The notes: generated from the sequence alone by a model not told the origin. Positions 49,275-59,862 are shown, counted from the first letter of the stretch. The stretch: DNA of 64,000 nt from an uncultured bacterium (GCA_964603725.1 CAZRWW010000015.1:18494-82493); one strand, 5' to 3'. A program made the numbers and translations.

Positions 49275-51875
49275 CTAACGCACGCGGATGACTCGGCGCA
49301 CTTCCTCGAAGGCCTCCGCCCGGCTTTCCAGGCGATAGAAGTAGAGGCCCGAGGGCACGGGGTTGCCACCGTTGTCGCGACCATCCCACAGGAGGCGGTG
49401 GCGGCCCGTGGCGCGCGGTCCTCGGACCAGATGGCGCACCACGCGACCTTCCAGGTCGAGGATGCTCAACTCGACGTCGCTCTCGCGCGCCACGTCGAAG
49501 AGGATCAGCGTCTGATCGCGGAACGGGCTGGGCCCGCCGACGCTGAGCGCCGGCCGCAACGGCAGCTCGATCTCAGTCTCGATGCCCGAGGCCGAGTTGG
49601 TGCCCAGCACGCGCACGTCGTCGATGTACCAGCCCTCGAGGGTCTCGGCCAGATTGTCGCCGTCGCTGCCGAAACGGAAGCGGAACTGCACCGTCCCGGT
49701 GAAGCCCTCGATCTCGAAGACCGACTCGCGCCAGAGCCACCAGCCCGAGAAAACCGGGGTCTGGGGCGGAAACGGCCCGGGCGGGTTGGTCTCGGCAATG
49801 ATGAAATCGTAGCCCGTCGGCGGGTAGATCTGCGTCCAGGGCCCGCTGTTGATCGAGGCCTCGACGATGCCGCCGTCGCTGGCCTTCCCGAAATGGCCGA
49901 AGGCCAGCTCGGCCCGCATGAAGTGCCAGAAGCGAAGCTGCGTGCGCTGCGCCAGCGGAACCGGCGGCGACTCCAGGATGGCGTCGAGCAGGTTGGGGTA
50001 GGTCGCGCCGGAGTCGGGGGAGCCGCACTTCCAGCTCGTCGTCCCGCCGGGCGTGTGGTTGCGCAGCGTGCTCAGGTGCCAGGCGTCGCCGTAGCCGCCG
50101 ATGCCGCTGGTGTGGCCCCACTCACCCGACCCGCCCTCGAACAGGTCCACGAAGCCACCGATCGGGATCTCGAAGGGGATCCGCGCGGTCACGCCCCAGT
50201 CGCCGGTGACCAGCAGGTCCCCGGTCAGGATCTCGGGATTGGGGGCCGCGGGCGAGACACGGATCTCGTAGGGTGGAGCCAAGGTCTCGATCTCGCCGAT
50301 CGCCAGGGTGTCGATGCCAGCCAGGGGCTGCAGGATCTCGAGGTGGGGCGTAGTCGGATGCGCCTCGCCCACGATCGAGGTGGCGCCGACGGCGCCGCGG
50401 TTCTCGAGCGCGATCAGCAGCGTGCCGTCCTCGCCCGGCTCGAGGATGCCACCGCCCGGATCGGCCGCGACGGTGAACGGACAGGTCAAGCTGGCCGATC
50501 GGCCGGGCAGCGAGAATGTGCGCGTCCAGAGCGCGGGCACGCGGCCGCCGGCGGGACCGATCTCGGCCATGACGCGCAGCGAGAAGCTGGCGTTGAAGTA
50601 AGCCGGGGCGGTCGGGCTGACGCGCGCGACAAAGGGCGAGACCGGCAGGCTGCTTTGCTCCGGCTGCAAATTCGGATAGGCGTTGCTGCTGTCCAGAAGG
50701 GTGACGTATCCGTCCAGCGCCCGCAACACGCCCAGGATCTGCGTGGCCGCCGTTCCGCCCACGTTCTGCAGGCGCAAGTCCAGCTCCACGATCTCACCCG
50801 CGTTGAGCACGCCGTCGCCGTTGCCCTGGCTCTGGCCGAGGGCGTCGTCGTTCACCTTGACGCTTTCCAGCGCCAGCCAGGCGCCCGGCGGCGGGTAGAC
50901 CGTCACGAAGCGGGGCGGGTCGACCCGTGTGAAGATCGCCAGGCTCTTGGGCGGCACCGAGCTCCAGCCGGTGGTGTCCGTGCCCACCGGCTCGGAGGCC
51001 ACCACCCACGCCCCGGGAATCTGCTTGTAGCGCAGCTTGTAGCGGGACTGGTCGGTGGTGTCGAATCGCAGGGCGTACAGCGTGTCCCCGCTGGCGGCCA
51101 GGCAGTTGATCGAGCTGTTCGCGGCGCCAGCGTCGTAGATGCGCAGGGCCGCGTCGCGGATGGCTTGGCTGACGCAGGCGGGGCGCGACGCATCCCCGGT
51201 GCGCTCGCCCAGCTCGAGCTGCTTGAGCACGTAGAGGAAGTAGAGCTCGCTGTCGACGTAGGGCGTGTCGTAGTCGGGGGGGTGCTTCTGGAGATACCCC
51301 GGGGTCCCTTCCTCGAGCAGCGCCTGGATGGTCGCCACCACCACCGAGCCGTTGTGCGCCATGCACAGGTTGCCGCGCACGAAGGGATGAGGATCGGGCG
51401 CGTTGGCGTGACCGCTCGAGGCGGCCCGCACGTGCGCCACGGCGCAGTGGGCGTCCTGCTGGCCGATCTCGGCGGCGGCGAGCCGGTAGCGCGGATCGTT
51501 GGGATCGTCCGCGGGCGGCCCGCCGCGCAGCACCTGCGGGCGGGTCAGCCCGGTGCCGCTCAGGCCGGCAGCCCAGTAGGCGATGCCCCAGCCGTCTCGA
51601 TTCGAGGCGGCCAGCGTCATCATCGATCTCGTGCCGCTGACGAGCTGGTCGTCGAGCACGGCGTCGTCAGGCGCGGCGCCGATCATGCCCCACAGGCGGC
51701 AGGCATGCTCAGGAGGCGCGCCGGCGCCGGGCCCCTCGCCCGCGCGGGCGACCGCCGCGGAGCCAGCCATCACGGCCGAGCCGATCACTGCGATGAGGCC
51801 GAAGGCAGCGAGCGGAGGCCCGCCGCGCCGGCGCCGCGCGCGCCGGCCCGCCAACCTTGACGAGATCTCGATCAC
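49275..51875 (-). CDS. secreted class-II glutamine amidotransferase-like (Ntn hydrolase) protein with MAM-like domain and T9SS C-terminal domain
   Basis: GTG start 51875 after GAGGGG. Signal peptide, then ACRLWGMIG...DGWGIAYW...MAHNG (YafJ-like GATase2). The distal domain WHLSTLRNHT...FRFRFGSDG...GWYIDDV is shared with the C25 protein. Ends with a T9SS tail. Confidence 0.65.
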   Translation of the reverse strand: MIEISSRLAGRRARRRRGGPPLAAFGLIAVIGSAVMAGSAAVARAGEGPGAGAPPEHACRLWGMIGAAPDDAVLDDQLVSGTRSMMTLAASNRDGWGIAYWAAGLSGTGLTRPQVLRGGPPADDPNDPRYRLAAAEIGQQDAHCAVAHVRAASSGHANAPDPHPFVRGNLCMAHNGSVVVATIQALLEEGTPGYLQKHPPDYDTPYVDSELYFLYVLKQLELGERTGDASRPACVSQAIRDAALRIYDAGAANSSINCLAASGDTLYALRFDTTDQSRYKLRYKQIPGAWVVASEPVGTDTTGWSSVPPKSLAIFTRVDPPRFVTVYPPPGAWLALESVKVNDDALGQSQGNGDGVLNAGEIVELDLRLQNVGGTAATQILGVLRALDGYVTLLDSSNAYPNLQPEQSSLPVSPFVARVSPTAPAYFNASFSLRVMAEIGPAGGRVPALWTRTFSLPGRSASLTCPFTVAADPGGGILEPGEDGTLLIALENRGAVGATSIVGEAHPTTPHLEILQPLAGIDTLAIGEIETLAPPYEIRVSPAAPNPEILTGDLLVTGDWGVTARIPFEIPIGGFVDLFEGGSGEWGHTSGIGGYGDAWHLSTLRNHTPGGTTSWKCGSPDSGATYPNLLDAILESPPVPLAQRTQLRFWHFMRAELAFGHFGKASDGGIVEASINSGPWTQIYPPTGYDFIIAETNPPGPFPPQTPVFSGWWLWRESVFEIEGFTGTVQFRFRFGSDGDNLAETLEGWYIDDVRVLGTNSASGIETEIELPLRPALSVGGPSPFRDQTLILFDVARESDVELSILDLEGRVVRHLVRGPRATGRHRLLWDGRDNGGNPVPSGLYFYRLESRAEAFEEVRRVIRVR

Positions 51876-52017
51876 ACTGCACCCCTCGGGCCCATGCCCC
51901 TGCCGGGTCGCGTGCCTGCGCCGGTCCGCGGGGCGCGGCTGCCGTCGCGCCGCCGGTCCGCGGTTGCGCACCGTCGCGCCCCTGGCACCCGGCCGCGCTC
52001 CCCCAGCCGGAAGGTGC

Positions 52018-55000
52018 CTATCGCAGCAACGTCATCTTGCGCACCTGGCTCGCGGCATCGCTCTCCAGGCGGTAGAAGTAGATGCCCGCCGGCTGCGGGT
52101 GTCCGCCGCCGTCGGCGCCGTCCCAGATCACAGCGTGGCGGCCCGCGGCCAGCGGCCCGTCGAGCAAGCTGCGCACGATGCGCCCCTGCACGTCCATCAC
52201 GCTCAGCCGCACCTCGCCGGCGACCGGGAGCAGGAAGGCGATCTGGGTCTCCGGCGCGAACGGATTCGGGCGGTTGGCGAGGAGCACCGGCCGCAGCGCG
52301 AGCGCGCGACCGGGCTCCGGGATGGCGCTGGCCGGCGGCCACGAGTGAACCTCGACGTCGTCGATGTACCAGCCCTCCATCGCGTCAGCTCCATCGCTGC
52401 CGAAGCGGAAGCGGAAGCGCGCCATGCCGGACGGGCCCTCGATCGTGAAGGTCTCGAGCTGCCAGCCGTGCGAGCCCGAGAAGACCGGCGTGTCGGCCGG
52501 GAACGGGCCGGGCGTGCTCCCGGTGCGGATGGTGTAAGGGTACCCGCCGTCCGGGTCGATCCGCGTCCAGGGGCCGCCGTCCAGCGACAGCTCGACCAGG
52601 CCGCCGTCGTAGCAGCGGCCCGGGTAGGCGGAGCTCACCTCGGCCGCGATCCAGTGCCAGAAGGTCAGCACCGTCGTCTCGGCGATCTCGATCTCGCCGG
52701 TCATGAGGGCGCCGTCCGCGAGGTTTGTATAAGTTCCCGTGCCCGCGGCCCCGAACTTCCAGCTATGGGATCCGCCCGATGTGTGGTTGCGCTGGCTCGA
52801 GAGGTGCCACTGGTCGTTGAAGCCCGGGGTGACGACCGCGTGACTCCAGGCGCCTTCGCCCGCCTCCATGTCATCGGCGAAGCCGCCGATCCCGATCGGG
52901 GCGCTCAGGTCGATGGCGAGGCTCCAATCGGCGCTGACCCGCAGGCGGCAGGTGACGATGCCCGGGGACAGCGCCCAGGGCTCGAGCATGACCTCGAACG
53001 CCGGCGACAAGGTGGCGGCGCCGCCCACGGGGATCTCCGGCGCGCTCCCGACGGCCTGGGTGACGACGAGCCCGCCGCCCCCGGAGAAGAGCATCCCCGC
53101 GACCGTCGTCGCGTTGCGATGGCCGGCGTTGCTCAGGGTGACCGTGACGAGGGCGGTCTCACCGGGGTCGAGACAGCCATCGCCGTCGCCGCCGAGCTCA
53201 TCGTCGATGGCCAGCGTCACGATCGCCAGCGTGGGGGCATCGGCCGTGTACGTGAAGGAGCCCGTCCAGTGGCCGCTGCCGGCATCGCGGATGTCCAGCG
53301 TGAAGGGCAGCGCGTGCTGATCGGGGCAGTTGCCGGCGATCTGGAAGGTGTAGTGGTCGCCTCCCTGGCCGCCCGCGACGCCGCCGCCGGGGATGGTCCC
53401 GTAGGCCGCCGCCCCGTCGAGGATCGTGACCTCGGGGCTGGCGCACGCCAGCGTGGCCGTCACGCCGGCGATTGGCGCGTTCCAGACGTTGCACAGGTCG
53501 ACGTACAGGTGGATCGTCTCGCCCGCATCACAATCGCCGTCGCCGTTGCCGGCGATGCCGTCATCGATCCAGTGCGATTCGATCACCACGTAGGGTCCGT
53601 TGGGCACGATCGGGAAGGTCGTCTCGGTCACGAGCAGGTCGGCATCCGACACAACCAGGTGCATGGTGCCGGGATAGCCCGGCGCGACCGGGACGGTGAC
53701 GCTGCCGGCGGCGCCGGTGACGCCGAACCCGTAGCAGGTGCCCAGCTCGTCCCACAGACAGACGCGCGCGCCGGCGATCGGCTCGCCGTTGGCCGACACG
53801 GTGACGCCGTAGCTGGTCTGCCCGAGCACGAAGACCCCGGCGTGATCGAGCTGGGGCGTCCGCGGGCGGGCGGTCCAGAGCGGCATCGACGGGTCGCCGA
53901 AGGCGGTGACCTCGTAGTGCACCCAGCGGTTGGATTCGTAGGCGATGTAGGGCACGTTGTCCGTCCGTGAGTCGTCGTTGGCCGCCCCCAGCTCGTTCAG
54001 GCCCTCATCGAAGAGCGCGTCGACGAACTGGCGGTGGTAGTACTGCGAGGAGCCGTTGGTCGTGTAGTGGACGCCGAAGCCGTAGCGCGTGTTGCCGATC
54101 CAGGCCACGAAGCCCTTCTCGGCGTGGACGAACTCCTCATGGATGCAGTCGGCCTGGTCGAAGCACCCGGCGTAGCAGCCTTGAGAGTAGCCGAAGTTGT
54201 AGGTGTGGGTGATGCCATCGGCCGTGAAGGAAGGAATGTCGGAGACGTAGACCTTGACGTCGTAAGTCTCATTGGCGTGCCCCAGGTGATGGGCCATGTG
54301 GCAGCCGCTCGACATCTTGCTGATGAACTGGCTGCCGCTCCAGCTCCCGAACTCCTCATAGAAGGTCGTTGTGTTCCAGCTCAAGGGCACGCCGGCGGTC
54401 GTGTAGCCCCAGGTGCTGGCGCCCAGGCGGATCTCCTCCATGTACCAGTCGCCGTAGGTTCCTTCCCAGAGATACTCGCCGTAGAAGCTGGCCGATTCGA
54501 TCTCGTTGACCACGGGCTGGCGCTCGTAGCGCAGCACCTTGTTGACGTAGTTCAGCGCCTCGCTGGCGTTGTCGGCGCACACGCGCCCGACGTGGATGTC
54601 GGGCACGAGATCGGCCTCCCCGACCTCTCCCCAGCGATCATCTCCGTCGTCGTTCCACGTGCCGTCCAGGCCGCCGTAGTAGAGCTCGCAGCAGAGGTCG
54701 TTGGTCTCCATCGGGTTGCCTTCGTCGATCACGTAGCAGTAGCAGTCCCGATCGGGGATGACGTTGTTGTCGCCCATGAAGAAGATGTACTCGCTCTCCC
54801 AGTTCTGGTAGGCGTCCAGGATGAAGTTGCGGATGCGCTCCTGATTGTCGCGCCCTGTGTAGCTCGCGTAGATGTCGTCGACCGTGACGATCGTGGAAGG
54901 CAGGCCCTTGGCGGTGCGATCGGCCACCAGCGGCTGGCAGGCCGGCACGAGGGCCTGGGTGGTCACAATGACGTGCAGGTACGTGTCGGCCGGATCGACG

Positions 55001-55746
55001 AATGTGCGCCCGTCGCCCGGGCCGCCCGAACCGCCGCCCGGATCGCCCGCGCGGCCGGCGCGGTCGAAGAGCCCGCGGCCGCCGGCGGCGGCGTAGCGAT
55101 CGGCCATCTCGGGGTTGTCGATGTGCCGGGCCAGCCAGGTGCGCGTGGCCTCGTCGGCGCGGAAGGTCGCCGCCGAGCGCGCGCGGGCGCTCTCGTCGGG
55201 CCCGGTCGTGATCTCGACCCTCAACCGCGACCAGAATTCCACCTGGCGGGAGGCCGGCCGAGCGCGCAAGGGGAAGAGCTCGACGTACGCGATGCGGTGG
55301 CCGCGATAGATCTGCACGCTGGCCAGCCGTCCGGCCTCGGCGGGAAAGAGCGCGTCGCTGCCGTAGATCGCGGCCTTGGGCTGCGTCGGCGCGATCGGGC
55401 CCTCGAAGGAAAGCGGATACTCCCGCTGGGCCGGGGCCGGCAGATGCGACGACGCCTGCGCCGCGGCTTCGGCGACGACCCGCACGGAGACGATCTCCTC
55501 GCCCGGCGGCAGGAGGATGCGCGCGGCGCCCACGGGCAGGAGCGGCTCGCCGGCCTGGCCGATCGTGCGGGTGCCGGCGATGGCGGGGACCTCGTGGCCG
55601 GGCCAAGTGGGGTCGCTCTGCCAGGTGGGGGCGGCGAAGGTGTAGCTGAAGGAGAGCTCCTCCGCGACGGCGGGGGAGAGCCCCGCGGCGAGGGTGGCCA
55701 GACCGATCCATGCGAGGGCCCGCTGTGACGCCTTGCTCAGTCTCAT
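52018..55746 (-). CDS. peptidase C25 (gingipain-like) family protein with Ig-like repeats, MAM-like domain and T9SS C-terminal domain
   Basis: Start MRLSKASQRAL at 55746 with a signal peptide. C25 N-terminal domain layout YLHVIVTTQALVPACQPLVADRTAKGLPSTIVTVDDIY...IRNFILDAY...YIFFMGDNNVIP...HVGRV. The C-terminus is PNPF...VMDVQGRIVRSL...GIYFYRL. Confidence 0.7.
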   Translation of the reverse strand: MRLSKASQRALAWIGLATLAAGLSPAVAEELSFSYTFAAPTWQSDPTWPGHEVPAIAGTRTIGQAGEPLLPVGAARILLPPGEEIVSVRVVAEAAAQASSHLPAPAQREYPLSFEGPIAPTQPKAAIYGSDALFPAEAGRLASVQIYRGHRIAYVELFPLRARPASRQVEFWSRLRVEITTGPDESARARSAATFRADEATRTWLARHIDNPEMADRYAAAGGRGLFDRAGRAGDPGGGSGGPGDGRTFVDPADTYLHVIVTTQALVPACQPLVADRTAKGLPSTIVTVDDIYASYTGRDNQERIRNFILDAYQNWESEYIFFMGDNNVIPDRDCYCYVIDEGNPMETNDLCCELYYGGLDGTWNDDGDDRWGEVGEADLVPDIHVGRVCADNASEALNYVNKVLRYERQPVVNEIESASFYGEYLWEGTYGDWYMEEIRLGASTWGYTTAGVPLSWNTTTFYEEFGSWSGSQFISKMSSGCHMAHHLGHANETYDVKVYVSDIPSFTADGITHTYNFGYSQGCYAGCFDQADCIHEEFVHAEKGFVAWIGNTRYGFGVHYTTNGSSQYYHRQFVDALFDEGLNELGAANDDSRTDNVPYIAYESNRWVHYEVTAFGDPSMPLWTARPRTPQLDHAGVFVLGQTSYGVTVSANGEPIAGARVCLWDELGTCYGFGVTGAAGSVTVPVAPGYPGTMHLVVSDADLLVTETTFPIVPNGPYVVIESHWIDDGIAGNGDGDCDAGETIHLYVDLCNVWNAPIAGVTATLACASPEVTILDGAAAYGTIPGGGVAGGQGGDHYTFQIAGNCPDQHALPFTLDIRDAGSGHWTGSFTYTADAPTLAIVTLAIDDELGGDGDGCLDPGETALVTVTLSNAGHRNATTVAGMLFSGGGGLVVTQAVGSAPEIPVGGAATLSPAFEVMLEPWALSPGIVTCRLRVSADWSLAIDLSAPIGIGGFADDMEAGEGAWSHAVVTPGFNDQWHLSSQRNHTSGGSHSWKFGAAGTGTYTNLADGALMTGEIEIAETTVLTFWHWIAAEVSSAYPGRCYDGGLVELSLDGGPWTRIDPDGGYPYTIRTGSTPGPFPADTPVFSGSHGWQLETFTIEGPSGMARFRFRFGSDGADAMEGWYIDDVEVHSWPPASAIPEPGRALALRPVLLANRPNPFAPETQIAFLLPVAGEVRLSVMDVQGRIVRSLLDGPLAAGRHAVIWDGADGGGHPQPAGIYFYRLESDAASQVRKMTLLR

Positions 55747-56016
55747 GATGTGGGAATCCTCCCTGTGTGTAGGACCGCCTCGGGCTCGGCGTTCCTCGGG
55801 GCTTCCGGGGACCGCGCGGCGAGCGCGCACCCCTCTCGGTCGCCTACGGCAGAGCCGGCCACGGCGGCTGCGCGCTGGCGCGGCGGGAGCCCCGGCGAGC
55901 GGGGGGTGAAACTCACTACGATTCTACCACATGGGCAAGGCGAGCGGGTCCTGCGGCATGGCTCGGGGCCGAAGCCGGCGACAGAGCGGGCGGACACTGT
56001 CTGCCCGGGGGGCCTG

Positions 56017-57234
56017 CTATCCCACGTGCTTCTGCGCGTCGAGCGGGCGCCTCTCCTGGGGCATCGGCGCCGCCGGCCTGAGGAGCGCCAGGGTGGCGGT
56101 ATGCATATGCAGGTAGTTGGCCCCGCGGATGGGGCCGATCTCGCCGGCGCTGAGCAGGCCGGCCATCGGCACGCGGTAGCCCAGCGTGCGGATGATCTGC
56201 TGGATCGGGAGCCCCTCGCCGGCCCCCACGCGCGGCCAGCTTCCCACCAGGAAGCCGCCGGCGGCGGGGGAGTCGAGGATCTGGGGCAGGAGCAGCATCT
56301 GGAGATCGTCGGCCAGCGTGTCGTCCCAGGCGTGGAAGCGGATCGTCTTGCCGACGCCGACCTCGCCCGCCAGCGAGATCGTGCCCTCCTTCTGGTCCAC
56401 CGCCACGACGGGCCGAATCAGGAAGTCGCCCCGCCCGAACTGCGTGCTGGGGGCGATGACGGCCTGCCCGAACATGAGCCCTTCCTGGAGCAGGTGCTGC
56501 TCCTCGGACGACAGCGCGGAGACCATCTCCTGCAGCGCCCGCATGGCCGGCACGCCGCTCAGCTCCTGAATGACGTTGCGGTCGGCCTTGGTGACCGTGA
56601 AGGTGCGGCCGACGGGGCGGCAGCCCTGCGACACGACCACGTCCGCGCGGATGTTGCCGGCAAAGGCCGCGCCGACGAGCCCGCTGCGCCGCACGGCCTC
56701 GTTGAGCATGAGCACGTTGAAGCCCGGGCGCCGCCCGCCGCTCGCCAGCCCGCCGATCACGGGCACGCCCGGCGCGAGCATGTTGAGCGACTCGAGCAGG
56801 TCGCCGATCGGCGTGCTGAAGGGATCAGCCAGCAGGATCATGAGCTGCGGATCGGGAAGCAGCTCCAGCAGGTCGCGCCAACGCTCGAGTCCGGCTTGCG
56901 CTTCGGAGAAGTCCTCCTGCTCCATGAGCACCGGCGCGATCTTGACGCCGGGCAACGAGCCGGCCATCACCGTCATCGCGCCGCGATCGACCGAGCGGCC
57001 GGCGGAGTGGATGATGCCGGCGGCCGTGGCGCCCAGCAAGAAGGCCTGGGGCCACGTTCCGCGCAGCAGGTCGCTCACCTCGCGCATGCGGCGGGCGTGA
57101 TCCTGCGTGGCGAAGAGCAACAGCAGATCGGGCGCCAGGCCGTCATCGGCCAGATGCCTTTCCAGCGCGGTCAAGATCTCGCGCGCAGCGCTCAGCGAAT
57201 GGCGCTGATGCGATGTGACCGAGATGAACTTCAT
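56017..57234 (-). CDS. FIST domain signal-transduction protein (FIST N + FIST C)
   Basis: MKFISVTSHQ... with LLLLFATQDH, IGGLASGG and FHAWDD blocks typical of FIST sensors. Confidence 0.7.
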   Translation of the reverse strand: MKFISVTSHQRHSLSAAREILTALERHLADDGLAPDLLLLFATQDHARRMREVSDLLRGTWPQAFLLGATAAGIIHSAGRSVDRGAMTVMAGSLPGVKIAPVLMEQEDFSEAQAGLERWRDLLELLPDPQLMILLADPFSTPIGDLLESLNMLAPGVPVIGGLASGGRRPGFNVLMLNEAVRRSGLVGAAFAGNIRADVVVSQGCRPVGRTFTVTKADRNVIQELSGVPAMRALQEMVSALSSEEQHLLQEGLMFGQAVIAPSTQFGRGDFLIRPVVAVDQKEGTISLAGEVGVGKTIRFHAWDDTLADDLQMLLLPQILDSPAAGGFLVGSWPRVGAGEGLPIQQIIRTLGYRVPMAGLLSAGEIGPIRGANYLHMHTATLALLRPAAPMPQERRPLDAQKHVG

Positions 57235-57503
57235 GGCTGCCAGCCTTGCCGCCCCCTGCTCCGGCGCCGCGCGCCCCGATGCCCTCGGGCTCGGCGCGGC
57301 CCGATCTGCGCGTCCCGCGCAGCCCATTCATGTATAGCATATTCAGGTACACCGCCGGCAGGACAAGGTTCTTGCGCGCCGCGCTACTAGAATCTCAGTC
57401 TACCACAGGCCTGCGGCGGGGAAGCCACGAGTCCAGCTCGAGAACGTCGCTCCGTGCCGCCGGGCGGGCCGTCCCATTGCCGGGCCGGCGGACGGCCGGG
57501 CCG

Positions 57504-58682
57504 TCACGCCCGCGCGCCCGGGCGGGTCACCGAGCGCGAGGCCTCTTCCCCCGCCAGCACCTCCAGGAGGAAGGCCGCGGCCTGCGCGGCCCCCGAGGGG
57601 CGGCCCTCCAGGCGGCGCAGCGCCAGCAGCCCGGGGAGATGTGCAACCCAGTCGCCGCCCGCGAAGCTCTCGGGCTGGATCGTCAAGCCCTGCAGGTGCA
57701 TCTCCGCAAAGGCCTCCAGTGGGCGGCACTCCGGGAAGCGCGAGCGGGTGACGAACGCGGCGGGCGTGCCGGCGCAGTAAGCCTCGGCCAGCGTGCTGTA
57801 GCCGAGCTTGGTGACGACGGCATCGGCCGCCCGGATCAGATCGGGGTGGTAGCAACTTCCGCTCCAAGGCAAGAAGGTGACGTTGTCCCGGGCCAATCGC
57901 GCGGGAACGTCGCTGGGGACGAGAAAGCGCACGCTCGGCTGCTCGCCCAGCCGCGCCAGGGCCGGGTGCCCTGGGGCCAGTCCCCCCAGCGAGACGAGGA
58001 CCGCCGGCTGATCGGCCGCCAGCCCCAGGTCCCGCCGCTGGTCGGCTCGCGGGGTCCGGCCAGCGCGGCTCACGGGCGCGGTGACGAGGTCGGGCCGGGC
58101 TGGGCGGCAGACCGGCTCGGTCTGGATGTGGAAGTCCGCGGCGGCGAAGAGCGCGCGCAGGTAGGTCACGTGGCGCGAGAAGGCGGGCAGCTCGCGCTCG
58201 TACGCCGAGTAGATCCAGTCCCAGGTGAAGTTCTCCTGCAGCACCGCCGGCAATCCGGCCCGGCGACCCGCCGCGATGCCCAGCGGCGCGATGTCGCTGA
58301 CCACCAGGCGGCAGCCCAGGGCTCGGAGCTGCTCGGCCAGGGCGTCGACCTGCGCGGGACGCAGCGGATAGAACTCGTCGAGGGCGGCCAGCGTTCGGCG
58401 CGGGTCCTCCTCGAGGGGCGTCGTCTGGACGAGGCCGATGTCGGTGTCCAGGGTGTGAAAGCCGAACGACCCGGAGAGGGTCTCGGAGAAGAGCCAGGCG
58501 GGCGCCGCGGTGAAGACCTCGCAGCGCACCTCGGGCCGGCGAGCCTGGATGGCCGCCATCACCGCGGCCGAGCGCGTGGCGTGGCCGAATCCGTGCGCCG
58601 AGACGAAGAACGCGATCGCGGGCGCGCCGCCGCCGGGCGGCTGTGTGCGCGGGCTCTCCATGAGATCGACGGGCTCCCTCAT
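57504..58682 (-). CDS. glycosyltransferase-like protein (GT-B fold, MGT/UDP-glycosyltransferase-like), uncertain
   Basis: N-terminal FFVSAHGFGHATRSAAV resembles the GT-B N-domain nucleotide-sugar acceptor motif. The overlapping ORF 57400..58698 in another frame is rejected as an Arg-rich artefact. Confidence 0.5.
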   Translation of the reverse strand: MREPVDLMESPRTQPPGGGAPAIAFFVSAHGFGHATRSAAVMAAIQARRPEVRCEVFTAAPAWLFSETLSGSFGFHTLDTDIGLVQTTPLEEDPRRTLAALDEFYPLRPAQVDALAEQLRALGCRLVVSDIAPLGIAAGRRAGLPAVLQENFTWDWIYSAYERELPAFSRHVTYLRALFAAADFHIQTEPVCRPARPDLVTAPVSRAGRTPRADQRRDLGLAADQPAVLVSLGGLAPGHPALARLGEQPSVRFLVPSDVPARLARDNVTFLPWSGSCYHPDLIRAADAVVTKLGYSTLAEAYCAGTPAAFVTRSRFPECRPLEAFAEMHLQGLTIQPESFAGGDWVAHLPGLLALRRLEGRPSGAAQAAAFLLEVLAGEEASRSVTRPGARA

Positions 58683-59860
58683 TCGCTCGCCGGTTCACCG
58701 CCGGCGGCCTGCGCGCCGGCGGGCCCGGTGCCCGGGGCCTGCGCGCCAGCGGGCAGCCCGGGGTGCGTTGCGCCGTGCTGGCCGAACGCGGTCAAGCCGC
58801 CCAGGGCGCCCAGGCCCATCGTCTCGACCGCTGTCGAAGGCACGATGATCATGCTGCCCTTCTGCTTCAGCCCCTCGAACACCATGTTCATCGCGCGCAG
58901 GTGCAGCGCGACGGGATTGTCGCGATAGGCCTCGCTGGCGCGCGCGAACTTCTCGGCGATCTCCGTCTCGGCCGTGCCCAGGATCACGCGGCTCTGGCGT
59001 TCGCGCTCGGCCTGCGCCTGGCGGCTCATGGCGTCCTCGAGCGCCTTGGGGATGATGATGTCGCGGATCTCGACCGACTGGATCGTGATGCCCCAGGGAT
59101 CGGTCTTGCGATCGAGCACCTGCTGGATCTCGTGGCCCAGACGCTCGCGCTCCGAGAGCATCTGGGCCAGCTCGTGCCGGCCGATCGCATCGCGCAGGGC
59201 GGTCTGGGCGCTCAAGGTGACCGCCTCCTCGTAGTTCGCCACCTCGAGGACGCTCATCTTGGCGTCCCACACCAGCCAGAAGGCGATCGCATCCACGTTG
59301 ACCGGCACCGTGTCGCGGGTCAGGGTCGTCTCGGCGCGAAAGTCGGTCACCCGCACGCGGTGGTCGATGTACCGGTCGACGCGGTCGAGGAGCGGCAGCA
59401 CGAGGAAGATCCCCGGCCCGCGCAGGCAGCGGAACTTGCCGAGCCGCAGCACGATGCCCTTCTCCCACTGATGCGCGACCTGCACCGAGGCCGAGACCAG
59501 CAGACCCCCGTAGGTGGCAACGTAGGTAGGTAGGAGGTCGACCCGCCGGTAGATCACCTGCATCAAGACCCAGTGGACCGCGCCCAGCGCGACGAGGGTC
59601 TGCCACTTCGGGCATGCCGACAGCACGGCGCCGAGCACGAGCCCGCTCAGGAGCAGCATGATGTCGGGACGAACGGGAAAGCGCGACCAGCCCAGCCCGT
59701 CAGCCTGCGCCTGGACGATCGCGCCCGCGACGACGCACACCATGAGCACGATCAGGTTGGTGGCGCCGAAGCGGAAATCCTGGCAGACCGCCTTGGACGG
59801 CGGCGTCACGGAATCCTGCGCCTGGGACTTGGGATTGAACAGGGTGAGCAGCTCTTTCAT
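58679..59860 (-). CDS. SPFH/band-7 (stomatin/HflK-C-like) membrane protein
   Basis: N-terminal TM helices, then an SPFH core RVTDFRAETTLTRDTVPVNVDAIAFWLVWDAK...ALRDAIGRHELAQMLSERERL...IQSVEIRDIIIPKALEDAMSRQAQAERE. Strong RBS GAGGAGG. Confidence 0.85.
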   Translation of the reverse strand: MKELLTLFNPKSQAQDSVTPPSKAVCQDFRFGATNLIVLMVCVVAGAIVQAQADGLGWSRFPVRPDIMLLLSGLVLGAVLSACPKWQTLVALGAVHWVLMQVIYRRVDLLPTYVATYGGLLVSASVQVAHQWEKGIVLRLGKFRCLRGPGIFLVLPLLDRVDRYIDHRVRVTDFRAETTLTRDTVPVNVDAIAFWLVWDAKMSVLEVANYEEAVTLSAQTALRDAIGRHELAQMLSERERLGHEIQQVLDRKTDPWGITIQSVEIRDIIIPKALEDAMSRQAQAERERQSRVILGTAETEIAEKFARASEAYRDNPVALHLRAMNMVFEGLKQKGSMIIVPSTAVETMGLGALGGLTAFGQHGATHPGLPAGAQAPGTGPAGAQAAGGEPASE

Positions 59861-59862
59861 GG

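Noticed and set aside
57400-58698. 432-aa minus-strand ORF overlapping the glycosyltransferase-like gene in another frame.
   Set aside because: Extremely Arg/Pro/Gly-rich translation. The alternative frame 57504..58682 has a GT-B-like N-terminal motif and sensible composition.
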